From positions 124,001 through 188,000 of the forward strand of contig CM075997.1 in NCBI GenBank assembly GCA_038087875.1: 64,000 nt of DNA. The letters are read 5' to 3'. This stretch comes from Malacoraja senta (Eukaryota). The notes below the pieces were generated by a model. That model had not been told where the DNA came from. It saw only the letters and a program-made list of their open reading frames with translations, and ran no database searches. The position numbers and the translations under genes are program-made. Position 1 is the first letter of the stretch. Every line of letters starts with the position of its first letter. Shown here piece after piece: positions 36,047 to 48,579 of the stretch.

Positions 36047-37108
36047 TTATACACTCAGAGACTTCATCTGTATACAGTCCTCCCTCAGCACCACCAGCTC
36101 GATGTTCAAGTACTGGGATTTTTTGGAGGACAAGGGAGTGTCTAGAGTGACCGAGCGGGCGATGTCGGTCGACTTGGAGCTGGTGAAGAACTTGAGGAGC
36201 GGAGCCATCCCCCTGGTCACGTCACTGCGGGCACCCTCGTTCACCAGGCAATAGAGTATGGGGTCCGCCACGCAGTTGAGGCTGGTGAGAGCCAAGGAGA
36301 CATGGTAGGCCATGAAAATGTTCTCCTCAAAGCTGCATCCCTGCGGGCTGCTGAGGTAGACCATGCTACGGAGCAGCAGGATGAGGTGGTAGGGGGCAAA
36401 GCAGAGCAGCAGGATGACGATGAGGCTGAGTGCCAACCGCTTGATCTTCACCTTCTCCCCCTGCTCCGTCGACAGGTTACCCTTCACTGCCTTGAGGATG
36501 CCCTGGTAGGAGAAGAGCATGAGGACCCAAGGGAAGAGGAAACCAACGAAGACCCTGTAGAGGTTCATTTGGGCCACCCACGTCTCCATGGGGTACTTCT
36601 CGAAGCAGAAGGTGTGGTTGAAGCGATCCTCAAAGAGCTCGTTGTGGAAGAGCGGTGCCGAGTTGGCACCAATCTCGATGGTCCACACCACAGCGCTGGT
36701 GATGACTGCCGTCTTCACCCGCCGGATCTTGGCGAACCTCAGGGGGTGTGCCACGGCCAGGTACCGGTCCACCGAGATGCAACTGAGGAAGGCTATGCTG
36801 ATGTAAATATTGGTGTAGAGGATGAACCCAAAGAGTTTGCAGGACTCAGGTCCGAGGATCCAGTTGTCCTGGTGCAAGAAGTAATTGATCCAAGGGGGCA
36901 GGGTGGCGATGTAGAGGAGGTCAGAGATGGACAGGTTGAGAAGGTAGACGCCCAGCTCGTTCTTCTGCTTGATCTGGAGGTATGCCGCCCACAGAGCCAG
37001 GCAGTTGGTCGGGAGCCCGATCACAATGACGAAGATGTACAAGGTGGGCGGGAAGAGACTGTCCAGTCTGGAGTCAACGTGGCAGCTGTCGTCACTCATG
37101 TTAACCAT
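36047..37108 (-). CDS. GPR4: Proton-sensing GPCR GPR4, 353 aa, single coding exon
   Basis: [27 protein letters not shown]...[18 protein letters not shown]...[23 protein letters not shown]...[12 protein letters not shown]...[21 protein letters not shown], closely matching human GPR4; first ATG 37108 (ORF-track start is TTG); acceptor TTTTTCAG at 37370. Confidence 0.95.
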   Translation of the reverse strand: MVNMSDDSCHVDSRLDSLFPPTLYIFVIVIGLPTNCLALWAAYLQIKQKNELGVYLLNLSISDLLYIATLPPWINYFLHQDNWILGPESCKLFGFILYTNIYISIAFLSCISVDRYLAVAHPLRFAKIRRVKTAVITSAVVWTIEIGANSAPLFHNELFEDRFNHTFCFEKYPMETWVAQMNLYRVFVGFLFPWVLMLFSYQGILKAVKGNLSTEQGEKVKIKRLALSLIVILLLCFAPYHLILLLRSMVYLSSPQGCSFEENIFMAYHVSLALTSLNCVADPILYCLVNEGARSDVTRGMAPLLKFFTSSKSTDIARSVTLDTPLSSKKSQYLNIELVVLREDCIQMKSLSV

Positions 37109-37706
37109 TTTACCCTCTCTGCTCAAGACGCCCCGATCTCGCAACCTCCTGCAGGGGGGAAGCCCATCGCCTGGATCACATCAACGCCCAAGAGCAAACA
37201 ACCGCGATCAGAAGAAGCAGCCAGTCCAAGATATTCCATTGACCATTGGCGATTTCTCTGCGGTGGCCGACTCTCTCTCTCCTCGTAGAGTCGCCCTTCT
37301 GTTCTCTTGCAAGTCAGATCACAGGGTGTTTGCGTTGGTCACCTGGGCTTTGTGCAGCACAGGTTATTCCTGAAAAATAATTAAAGAAACATCATTTAAT
37401 TTTTGTAACGTTACAAATAATAGGGAACGTTACAAATAATAGGGAGCCCCCCACCCCCTCGACATCAGTCTGAAGAAGGGTCTCGACCCGAAACGTTGCC
37501 TATTCCTTCTCTACATTGGTGCTGCAACACCCGCTGAGTTCCTCCAGCATTTTTTGTCTACCTTTAATTTTTCCAGCATCTGCAGTTCCTTCTTAAACAG
37601 TTGGAATTGTGATGTCAGAGGAAGGAATGTGTGTGGCGGGGGAGAGGAGAGGAGAAGGGGAGAAATAGTTCAGGCCAGAACCTCGACTGACGAAGGATTC
37701 TCGACC

Positions 37707-37846
37707 TTCTTCTTCTTTCGTATGGCGTGCACAGCCTAAAGTTGTTGGACAACTTGTTCTATTTGATCTTCCGTTTGCGCACGTCGAGTTGATTGCATTA
37801 GTCGAAACAGGGCGGACCACGTGAAGGTTGCAATCTCCCACCCCGG
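37707..37846 (-). mobile_element. 140-bp non-autonomous retroelement (Ingi/Vingi-like SINE), copy A
   Basis: 8-bp TSD TCTCGACC (37699-37706 and 37847-37854); 3' end GCCATACGAAAGAAGAA; near-identical to 52304-52443. Confidence 0.85.
37791..37844 (-). ncRNA. Predicted minimal HDV-like self-cleaving ribozyme
   Basis: P1 GGGGTGG/CCGCCCT, P2 GATTGCA/TGCAATC, P3 ACC/GGT, L3 TTCACGT, J4/2 ACTAA; folded by eye. Confidence 0.75.
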
Positions 37847-38013
37847 TCTCGACCTGAAACGTCACCTATTCCTTTTCCCCAGTTGCTGCCTGACCCATTG
37901 AGTTACACCAGCACTCTGGGTCTCTCTTGGGTATAGACCAGCATCTGCACATTGAATGGCAGAGCAGACTCGATGGGCCGAATGGTCTAATTCTGTTTCT
38001 ATGACTTATGAAA

Positions 38014-38387
38014 TGTTCTCCAGAGATGCTGCCTACCCGCTGAGTTACTCCAGCACTCTGTGCAACGTCACCTATCCATGTTCTCCACAGATGCTGCCTG
38101 ACCCGCTGAGTTACTCCAGCACTCTGTGAAACGTCACCTATCCATGTTCTCCACAGATGCTGCCTGACCCGCTGAGTTACTCCAGCACTCTGTGAAACGT
38201 CACCTATCCATGTTCTCCACAGATGCTGCCTGACCCGCTGAGTTACTCCAGCACTCTGTGAAACGTCACCTATCCATGTTCTCCACAGTTGCTGCCTGAC
38301 CCGCTGAGTTACTCCAGCACTCTGTGAAACGTCACCTATCCATGTTCTCCACAGATGCTGCCTGACCTGCTGAGTTACTCCAGCACT
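38014..38387 (+). repeat. Tandem array (~6 x 66 bp) of a Penelope terminal-repeat segment
   Basis: Unit GAAACGTCACCTATCCATGTTCTCCACAGATGCTGCCTGACCCGCTGAGTTACTCCAGCACTCTGT; a 2-unit version is at ~49250-49380 (-). Confidence 0.9.
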
Positions 38388-41300
38388 TGGTGTCTTTTGT
38401 GCCTGCAGGTCCTTGTTTTCCCATGTCTTGCAGCTTTGTCAATGTGCATCAGCCCATGGATAGCAGCCTGAGAGATGGAGACACCCCCATCTTGACGCTA
38501 GCCTGCCCTCATGTTGACTGAAGGTGAAGTCGCTGTTGTCTCCACACCGGCCCCCATCCTGGTGCCAGTTTCTCCGGCGCGGTGGACTCCAGCCCCTGCG
38601 TCCTCCACAAGTCAGCAGGCTCTGCATTCCTGACCTCTAATTGCCCGTGTCGAGTCATTTGCTGCACTCGCACACAGCCTGCATCTTCTGCAGGGAATGT
38701 CACCCATCTGGTCTTGCCTGCTCAGATGTTCAGCAGCTCCGCTAATGCCCTGGCACCTTGAGCGCGGGAGAGTCTCTCTACCTGAAGGTCGGGCAGTCGG
38801 CCGCTGTGATCTCGGCCGACGTGAGACCTCCCCCATCCACGGGATCTTGCTGTGCTCTCGGTTGGGAAGGAAAGCTGTATGTTCAGTCACAGTGCTTACA
38901 GAGGTGTCGAGTAATGTACAGGGCTGACCAGATAAGGAACTTGTTTAAGAAGGAACTGCAGATGCTGGAATATCTAAGGTAGACAAAAGTGCTGGAGAAA
39001 CCCATAAGGAACTTGTTGAGGCAAATGGGTTTTACAACACCCCAGTGTACTTGTACCCATTACTGTCTACACCACAAATAGAGAACACCAATGCTTCTTT
39101 CCTAACAAGCCTAGTTTAATTTAATTTAGTTTCGTTTATTGTCACGTGTACCGAGGTTTTGCGAAAAAGTTTTTTGTTGCTTGCTAGTCAGTCAGCGGAA
39201 ATTTACAGAGGGCCAATTAATCTACAAACCTGCACGTCTTTGGGAAGTGGGAGGAAACCGGAGCACCCGGAGAAAACCCACATGGTCACAGGGAGAACCG
39301 TGCAACCTCCGTACAGACAGCACCCGTGGTCAGGATCGAACCTGGGTCTCTGGCGCTGTGAGGCAGCAGCACACTGTGCGCCCGCTGTGCTGGATGGGCC
39401 ACTGTGCCAGACTTTTTTTTTAAATGGAGGAAATGCTTGGTTGGTTGGTAGCCAGCAGGCAAATCAGATTCACACCTCCAGTTTCAGTAACAGTTTCTTC
39501 CCAGTTGTCATCACCTCCCTCTCACCTTAAACCTATGCCCTCTGGTTCTGGATTCCCTTACTCTTGGCAAAAGACTCTGCACATTCACCCTATCTATTCC
39601 CCTCATTATATAATACACCTCTATAAAATTACCCCTCAGCCTCCTGCACTCCACGGAATAAAGTCCTAGCCCAACCTCTCTCTGTAGCTCAGGCCCTCGA
39701 GCCCCTTGTAAATCTTCTCTGTGCTCTTTCCATCTTAATGACGACCTTCCTACAGCAGGGTGACCAAAACTGAACACAACACTCCAAATGTGGCCTCACC
39801 AACATCTTGTACAACCGAGAAAGTCCTTTCACACCCAGAGAGAACGAATGAATGAATGAATTAATAAGTTTATTGGCCAAGTATTCACATACAAGGAATT
39901 TGCTTTGGTGCTCCACCCGCAAGTGACAACATGACATACAGTGACAGTTAGGAGATCTAGATTGCTCTGCCAGCTAAGATGGTGGAGGCAGAGACGCTCA
40001 CAGCAGAATGTAGATGACCACTTGGACAGCAAAGTGAGAGAAAACAATGAACCAAGTGCTACCAACCAACCAATCATCTCACGGCACGGTGGTGCAGTGG
40101 TAGAGTTGCTGCCTCATAGCACCAGAGACCCGGGTTCGATCCTGACTATGAGTGCAGAGTTTGAACATTCTCCCAGTGACCGCGTGGGTTTTCTCCAGGT
40201 GCTCTGGACTCCTCCCATATTACAAAGACGTGCGGGTTTGTAGGCTAATTGGCTTCTGTAAATTGTCCCCAGTGTGTAGGATTGAATTAGTGAACAGGTG
40301 ATCAATGGTCGACATGGACCCGGTGGGTCCAAGGACCTGTTTCCACTCAGCAAACCTAAACTAATAAACAAAACTATTGCGCTGCTAAATAGGATTATTA
40401 TAGATGGGTATTTAATGGTCAGCATGGACTTGGTGGGCTGAAGGGCCTGTTTCTGGGCGATACTGTGTTAAGATTCTTGAGGTCTTGAGAGAATCCACTG
40501 GTACATTAAACTTCTCAGGATCTAACCCGTCGCTGTAAGTGCTGTAAATGCTGTAAGGCAGCAACTCTACCGCTGTGCCACGACCATCTTTGAACTCACT
40601 CCAATTCCAAGAACATTGGACTGGGTGCCCAACCGTCTAACCGCCAAATTGGACATTAAATTCGAGGAATTAATGTCCAATTTGATTCCAACCAAACTCT
40701 ATGACGAGACCACCCATCTCAAGTTTCTATCCATCCTCTGAGGTCAAGCGCTGGGTCAGAGACGGAACGGAGATCAAACAATGTTGTTGACCCCAACGAA
40801 TCTGTGCAGCCAAGACATGCAAATTCCACCGTTCCCCAGAGATAGACTTTCCCTGAAATTGTAAAGTCTTCCCATGCTTGAAATGAATTGTGCCAAGTTC
40901 TCTCCCTCAAGACTATGGCCTCGACTTCTGATCTGATCTACCTTGGAATGGGTAGGTCTTAGCCCCGAGTGCCTTTGCTGTGACTGCCACCATTATTACC
41001 CCGTGTAGGAAGGAACTGCAGATGCTGGTTTCCACCAAAGATAAACACAGAATGATGGAGTAACTCAACGGGACAGTCAACATCTCTGGATAGAAGGAAT
41101 GGGTGACGTTTTGGTTCAAGACCCTTCTTCAGACTCACGTTTCTTCGGGTCAAGACCCTTCAGAAAGGTCTCGACCTGAAACGTCATCCATTCCTTCTAT
41201 CCAGAGATACTGCCAGTCCCGCATTTTGTGTCTATCATTATTACCCCAACTAACTTCTTTGAGCGCAGGAGGATGAGGGATAATCTTCTAGTGTCCAAAA

Positions 41301-44300
41301 TCATGAGAGGAATAGGTCAGGTAAATGCACAGAGTCTCTTGCCCAGTGTATGGGAATCGAGAACCAGAGGACATAGGTTTAAGGTGAGGGGGGAAAGATA
41401 TAATAGGAACCTGAAGGGCAACATTTTTACACAAAGGGTGGTGCGTGTATGGAACAAAACTGCCGGAGGAGGTAGTTGAGGCTGGTATTATCGCAACATT
41501 TAGACAGGTACATGGATAAGATACGGGTAGAGGGATATGGGCCAAACACAGGCAGGTGGAACTAGTGTACATGGGACATGTAGGTTGGCATGGGCACGTT
41601 GGGCCGAAGGGCCTGCTTCCCTTCTGTATGACTCTAACAGAGTGTAAGCGTGGGATAAGTAACAAAACATTGATTCCGTTGGGAAGTTTAGAGATACAAC
41701 ATGGAAACAGGCCATTCAGCCCACTGAGTCCTTGCTGAACATCGATCACCTGTTCGCATAGAACATAGGACTCAGTGGGCCGAAGGGCCTGTTTCCACAC
41801 TATCTTTTAATCAATAATTAACCATTGCGCCACAGTCTTAAAACCGTGTTAAACAGTGTTACAGACATCTGCAGTTGAGCCAAAAATAAAACCCCTTAAT
41901 TCACAAGGTCCTGACCTATCATCTACCTCATTGGAGACTCTCAGGCTATCTTTCAGTGGACATTTATGGACTTTAATTTGTATTAAACGTTATTCCCTTC
42001 ATCCTGTATATGCACGGCCTGATTGTAATCATGTATAATTTGGTTTAGTTTAGTATTGTTCCGAGAAACATCTCGGAAACAGGCAATTCGGCCCACCAAG
42101 TCCACACCGACCAGCGATCCCCGCACATTAACATTACCCTACTCACACCAGGGACAATTTTATGTTTATACAATTTTACCCAGCCAATTGACCTACAAAC
42201 TGTACGTCTTTGGAGTGTGGGAGGAAACCGAAGATCTCGGAGAAAACCCACGCAGGTCACGGGAAGAATGTACAAACTCCGTACAGACAGCACCCGTAGT
42301 TAGGATCGAACCCGGGTCTCTGGCAGCAACTCTACCGCTGTGCCACCATGCCACCTTTCCGCCGACTGGATAGCGCACGACAAAATAGATTTTCACTGTA
42401 CCTCGGTACACGTGACAACAAACTAAACAAAACTAAACCAAACTAACCTAAACTCAACTAAACTAAACCTTTAGAAATCTCAAAAGATCTCCCTGGAGAT
42501 ATTTCACTTACTTACATAAATGCAAGTCAAACTCACACTATTTTTGTCACCTCTCTCTCTCTCTCTCTTACATGGATAGGACAGATTTGGAGGGATATGG
42601 ACCAAACACAGGCAGGTGGGACTAGTGTAGCTGGGACATGTTGGCCGGCGTGGGCAAGTTGGGCCGAAGTTTCCACACTGTATCACTCTCTGCCTTCCAG
42701 GAATCTCTGCCTTCCAGGAATGTTGTAAATGGCGAGAGAATTTCTCCAAAGCCAAAATAGCATTAATGGAAGTCACATCATCAAGGATCTGATTCACTGC
42801 TTGCACGTGGGGTAAGGTGGAGACCGGGACAACTGATTTAATGGAAGAGGGAGAAGTTAAGAGTTATTTTCCACTGTTTATAGTCAGGACACTTGTCACA
42901 GCCTCCCTCCGGTACACGTCTGCATTGGAGAGTTTTCCTTCTTGTAATTCTTCCTGAAGCTGATATCCAAGATCATGTCCTCAGCTGTCTTGCTGTGCAT
43001 TGAATACTGGCTCTATTTCACTTCCCAAAGTGGTTCGTTGACTGCGGGTACCTGAGTTTGTGAAATGTTTCTGCCCTCCTCCAAGTCCTTGCTCCAAAAT
43101 AGTGAAAGGCCTGGACAGAGTGGACATGGAGAGGATGTTTCCACTAGTGGGAGAGTCTAGGACCAGAGGTCACAGCCTCGGAATTAAAGGACGTTCCTTT
43201 AGGAAGGAGATGAGGAGGAATTTCTTTAGTCAGAGGGTAGTGAATCTGTGGAATTCTTTGCCACAGAAGGCTGTGGAGGCCGTCAGTGGATATATTAAAG
43301 GCAGAAATAGATTCTTGATTAGTACAGATGCCAGGGGTTATGGGGAGCAGGCAGGAGAATGGGGTTAGGAAGGAGATATTGATCAGCCGTCAATGAATGG
43401 CAGAGTAGACTTGATGGGCAGAATGGTCAAATTCTGCTCCTATCACTTATGACCTATTGTTCCAAGAGTGGGCTTCAGCTCCAGAACTTCCTCCCTAATC
43501 CTCTCCAACTCTCTTGCAGTGTCTCAAATGCTCCTTTGATTCTATCGCCTTTAGGTCTTTACCCAAACCTATATGGCTGAAAATGTCACCTTCATCTCTG
43601 GAGGAGATGGATAGACAACGTTTTGGGTTGGGATCCTTCTTCAGTTCCGGACCGAAAACCTTGTCTATGCATGTCCTCCAGAGATGCTGCCCGACACGCT
43701 GAGTTACTCCAGCACTTTGTGTCTTTTTGTTTATTAACCGGCATCTGCAGTTCTTTGTTTCTTCATCTAAGTTAGTCCTATTTGCCCACGTTTGGCTCAA
43801 ATCCCTCTAACCTTTCATATTCTTGTGCCTGTCCAAGTGTCTTGTATAAGAAGATGCTGGCTTATACCGAAGATGGACACAAGATGCTGGAGTAACTCAG
43901 CGGAAAGACAAAACATGATAACAATTGGGCCGTTTACAGTGCATAGATATTGTACATAAGGGAATAACGTTTAGTGCAAGGTAAAGCCAGTAAAGTCCGA
44001 GCAAAGATAATCCGAGGGTCACCAATGAGATAGATAGTAGTTCAGCACTGCTCTCTGGTTGTGGTAGGATGGTTCAGTTGCCTGATAACAGCTGGGAAGA
44101 AACTGTCCCTGAATCTGGAGGTGTTTAAGAAAGAACAGCAGATGCTGGAAAAATCGAAGGTAGACAAAAATGCTGGAGAAACTCAGCGGGTGAGGCAGCA
44201 TCTATGGAGAGAAGGAATGGGCAATGTTCTGCGTCGCCTATTCCTTCTCTCCATAGATGCAGCCTCACCTGCTGAGTTTCTCCAGCATTTTTGTCTGCCT

Positions 44301-45657
44301 TCTGAATCTGGAGTTGTTGGTTTTCACACTTTTGTACCTTTTGCCTGATGGGAGAGAGGAGAAGAGGGGGTGGCCAGGATGCGACTGGTCCTTGATTATG
44401 GTGCTGGCCTTGCCGAGGCAACGTGAGGTATAAATGGAGTCAATGGAAGGGAGTGAAGGGATAAAGTCCAGTAAAGTCTGATCAAGGATAGTCCGAGGTT
44501 CACCAATGAGGTAGATAGCAGTCTAGGACTACTCTCTGGTGTAGTAGGATGATTCAGTTGCCTGATAACAGCTGGGAAGAAACCATCCTGATGACTGACA
44601 TATATAACTAGGTGCTGTGGGAAAATATAACTGAAAGAAGAGCTCAACAGGCCCGAGCTGGTATAAATATAGGAAGCAGTCACCAAGATCCTTATCGTTA
44701 TTGTGGTTTATACCTCTTTGCACCTGTTAACTAAGGCTACGTTGCTAACAGCCGATTGACAGATGGTCAGACGTAGAGAAAACTGTTCTAACTCTCCCAC
44801 CACAGTTTTGTGCCAAAGGTACTGCCCTTTCTATGGGGCCACTGATCTCTCTCAGTAGATGGGGAAGGCCAAGGGCACTATCCTGGAATTCTGGATGAAA
44901 CATGGAATCAGCATCCCTCAACCTCATTCTCCTGCCTTCAAAATTACCCTATTCTCCTGCCTTCTCCCCACAACCCCTCACATCCGTACTAATCAAGAAT
45001 CTATCTATCTCTGCCTTAAAAATATCCATTGACTTGGCCTCCACTGATTCACAACCCTCTGAACTGCCTTAGTGGAGGTGGAGGCCGGTTCTCTGGATAC
45101 TTTCAAAAGAGAGCTAGATAGGGCTCTTAAAGATAGCGGAGTCAGGGTATATGGGGAGAAGGCAGGAATGGTGTACTGATTGGGGATGATCAGCCATGAT
45201 CACATTGAATGGCAGTGCTGGCTCGAAGGGCTGAATGGCCTTCTCCTGCACCTATTGTCCATTGTCTATTGTCTCTGACTAAAGAAATTTCTCCTCATCT
45301 CCTTCCTAAAGGAACGCCCTTTAATTCTGAGGTTATGACTTTTGGTCCTAGATTTCTTGAACTGGCCTTCTTGAACACCCTATCTACTTGTGACACCACT
45401 TTCAAGGAACCATGTACCTGAACTACCTGATCCCTCTGCTCTACAACAACCCCCAGAGCCTGCCATTCATCCTGTAGGTCCTGCCCTGGTTTGACTTCCC
45501 AAAACACAATACCTCACACTTCTCTGTATTAAGTTAAATCAACCATTCCTCAGCCCACCTGCCTAACCGTTCAAGATTCTGCCACAATTTCTGACAACCA
45601 TCTTCGCTATCTACAATACCACCTAGTTTTGTGTTGTCTGCAAACTTACTAATCATG

Positions 45658-46105
45658 TGCAGGAAGGAATTGCAAATGCTGGTTGAAGAAGGGTCTCGAC
45701 CCGAAACGTCACCACAACGCTCTTCCTCTGCTGGCCCAGGTGGGTGCAGACAGCGTTCGATTACTACAGCTCTAGATGAACAGCTTTGTGCAGGGATCGC
45801 TCCAGTAGCTATCACATTGCGGCCAGCCTTAAAGGGGGTTTGTACCACTCTGCATACGAACCAGAGATAGAAACATAGGAACATAGAAGGTAGGAAGGAA
45901 CTGCAGATGCTGGTTTGAACCGAAAATAGACACAAAAAGCTGGAGTAGCTCAGCAGGACAGGCAGCATCTCTGGAGAGAAGGAATGGGTGACGTTTCAGG
46001 TCAAGTCTGAAGTCTGAAGGGTCTCAATCCGAAACATCACCCATTCCTTCTCTCCAGAAATGCTGCCAGTCCCGCTGAGTTACTCCAGCATTTTGTGTCT
46101 ACCTC
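45658..46105. mobile_element. Composite Penelope-type insertion within a CR1 fragment, carrying ~160 bp shared with 53544-53714
   Basis: TSD ACTAATCATG (45648-45657 and 46106-46115); 45711-46101 matches 53544-53934. Confidence 0.8.
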
Positions 46106-48169
46106 ACTAATCATGCCTTGTACGTTCTCATCTAAATCATTGACATTGATGACAAAGAGTTCTCATTTGAACTTGAAGTGTTGCTGTAACTTTTTTTAAA
46201 TGTAAGGGTAGCAAAGCTGTACATAGTATTCTGGTGAGGTCTTACCAACACCCTGTACAATTGAAACCAAAACCTCCCTATTTTTTGAAATTCCGACCTG
46301 CCTGCTAACTTTCTGTGATTCATGCACTTGAACTCCTGGATCACTTTGAACTGCACTCACTTGAACTTGTCTTCACTGAGATAATAATCAGTCTCCGACA
46401 CCTCTCACCAAACTGCATGACCTCCCCCTCCCCTACACTTCCCTTCAGAGAATGGTCATTAGGGTGGTACAGTGGTGCAGCGGGTAGAGCTGCTGCCTCA
46501 CAGCGCCAGAGACCCTGGTTCGTTCCTGACTACAGGTGCTGTCTGTACGGAGTTTGTATGTTCTCCCCGTGACCTGCGTGGGTTTTCTCCAGGTGCTCTG
46601 GTTTCCTCCCACATCTCAAAGACGTGCAGGTTTGTAGGTTTATTGGCTTTGCTAAATTGTCCCAAGTGTGTGTAATAGAACTGGTGTTCCAGGTGATTTC
46701 TAGTCGGCGCGGACTCCGTGGGCCGAAGGGTGCTGTATCTCTAAACTAAACTAAAGTAAACTAAACTATTGTTCATCACTTGCCAGCCTACTGCCCACTG
46801 ACACAATCTAACTGTCCAGTTGCAGAATCACAGTGCCCTTATCATAGAAACATAGACAATAGGTACAGGAGTAGGCCATTCGGCCCTTCGAGCCAGCACC
46901 GCCATTCACTATGATTATGGCTGATCATCCAGAATCAGTACCCCGTTCCTGCTTTCTCTCCATATCCCTTGATTCCATTAGCCCTAAGAGCCAATCTAAC
47001 TCTCTCTTGAAAACATCCAGTGAATTGGCCTCCACTGCCTTCTGTGGCAGAGAATTCCACAGATTCACAACTCTCTGGGTGAAAATGGTTTTCCTCATCT
47101 CAGTCCTAGATGGCCGACCCCTTATTCTTATCACCACAGGCACTTCCTCCTGTTTTCGTATCGTTGGCAAATTTGGAAAGCTCACACACTTTTCCTTCCT
47201 GCAGGTCATTAATGTAAACTCGCCAAGAACTGATCGCTGTGGTACTCCACTGGTGACCTCCTTACAGGAGGAAAATGACCCATTTATTCCAACTCCCTCT
47301 TTTCTATGAGATAACTCAGTGGCACAGCGGTAGAGTTGCTGCCTCACAGCGCCAGAGGCCCACGTTCGATCCTGACCTTGGGTGCTGTCTGTATGGAGTT
47401 TGCATGTTCTACCCATGACCTGCGTGGGTTTCCTCCCACACTCCACAGACGTGCAGGTGGGTAGTTTAATTGGCTTCTGTAAATTGCCCCTAATTGCAAA
47501 AACTGGACTAGCATAGAACTAGCGTAGGGGTGATCATTGGTTGGCATAGATTCGGTGGGGAAAAGGGCCTGTTTCCATGCTTTGTCCAAACTCAACTCAA
47601 CTAATTTTTCAATAGATTCTAATACACTTTCTCCAAAGCCATAGGCTTTTTTAAATTATGCAACAACCTCTTAAGTGCACTTTATCAAACTTGTATCTAA
47701 CTACAAATCCCCCAACATCAACTTTCCCAAACACATCCTCAAAGAATTCTCGCTGATCTGACAAAATGATTGATCTTACATGAAACCATGCTGACAAGGA
47801 CCAATTACATTCACTTTTCTAAATGATTAGTTATATCGGGCAGCACGATGGTGTAATGGTAGAGTTGCTGCCTCACTGCTTCAGTAACCTGGGTTAAATA
47901 CTGACTACGGGTGCTGTCTGTACGGAGTTTGTACATTCTCCCTGTGACTGCGTGGGTTTTCTCCAGGTGCTCCAGTTTCCTCCCACACTTCAAAGACATG
48001 CAGGTTTGTAGGTTCATTCGCTTCGGTAAACATTGTGTTAATATGCGGGGATCGCTGGTCGGTGCGGACTCGGTGGGCCGAAGGGCCTTTTTCTGCACTG
48101 TATCTCTAAACTAAACTAAACATAGAATAAATCTTTGATTATTGACTCTAGGATTCATTATTGATTATT

Positions 48170-48579
48170 GACTCCAGGGGACCGTGTCTTTGCTGTGTCG
48201 GCACCCAAATTATGGAACGATCTGCCTCTCCACATTAAACAGGCCTCTTCTCTGTCTGTTTTTAAATCACTTCTTAAAACCCATCTCTTCTCCGTGGCCT
48301 TTGATACCCAGTAAGATGTCAACTTTATTTACTTGATTTAATTTCTTTTTTGATTGCTTTTATTGCGTGGCTATTATTTTTACTCATGTTTTATATCTTT
48401 TAATTTATTGTTGTATTTCATATGTAATGTTTGCGTCTCATGTGAGCTGTTATGTTATGTTCTGTTATGTTGTCTGTTTATGATGTCATGTTTAGTCTTC
48501 TGTACAGCACTTTGGTCAACATTGGTTGTTTTAAAGTGCTTAACCAATAAAGTTGGATTGGGATTGGATTGGATTGGAT
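48170..48579 (+). mobile_element. L2-type LINE 3' fragment
   Basis: GDRVFAVSAPKLWNDLPLHIKQASSLSVFKSLLKTHLFSVAF; tail TGTACAGCACTTTGG...AAAGTGC...AATAAAG(TTGGA)n. Confidence 0.8.

Noticed and set aside
36302..37288. 328-aa + strand ORF
   Set aside because: Antisense shadow of GC3-rich GPR4
38420..38930. GC-rich unique segment, possible GPR4 upstream exon (also 42700-43090)
   Set aside because: No decisive splice or promoter evidence without transcript data
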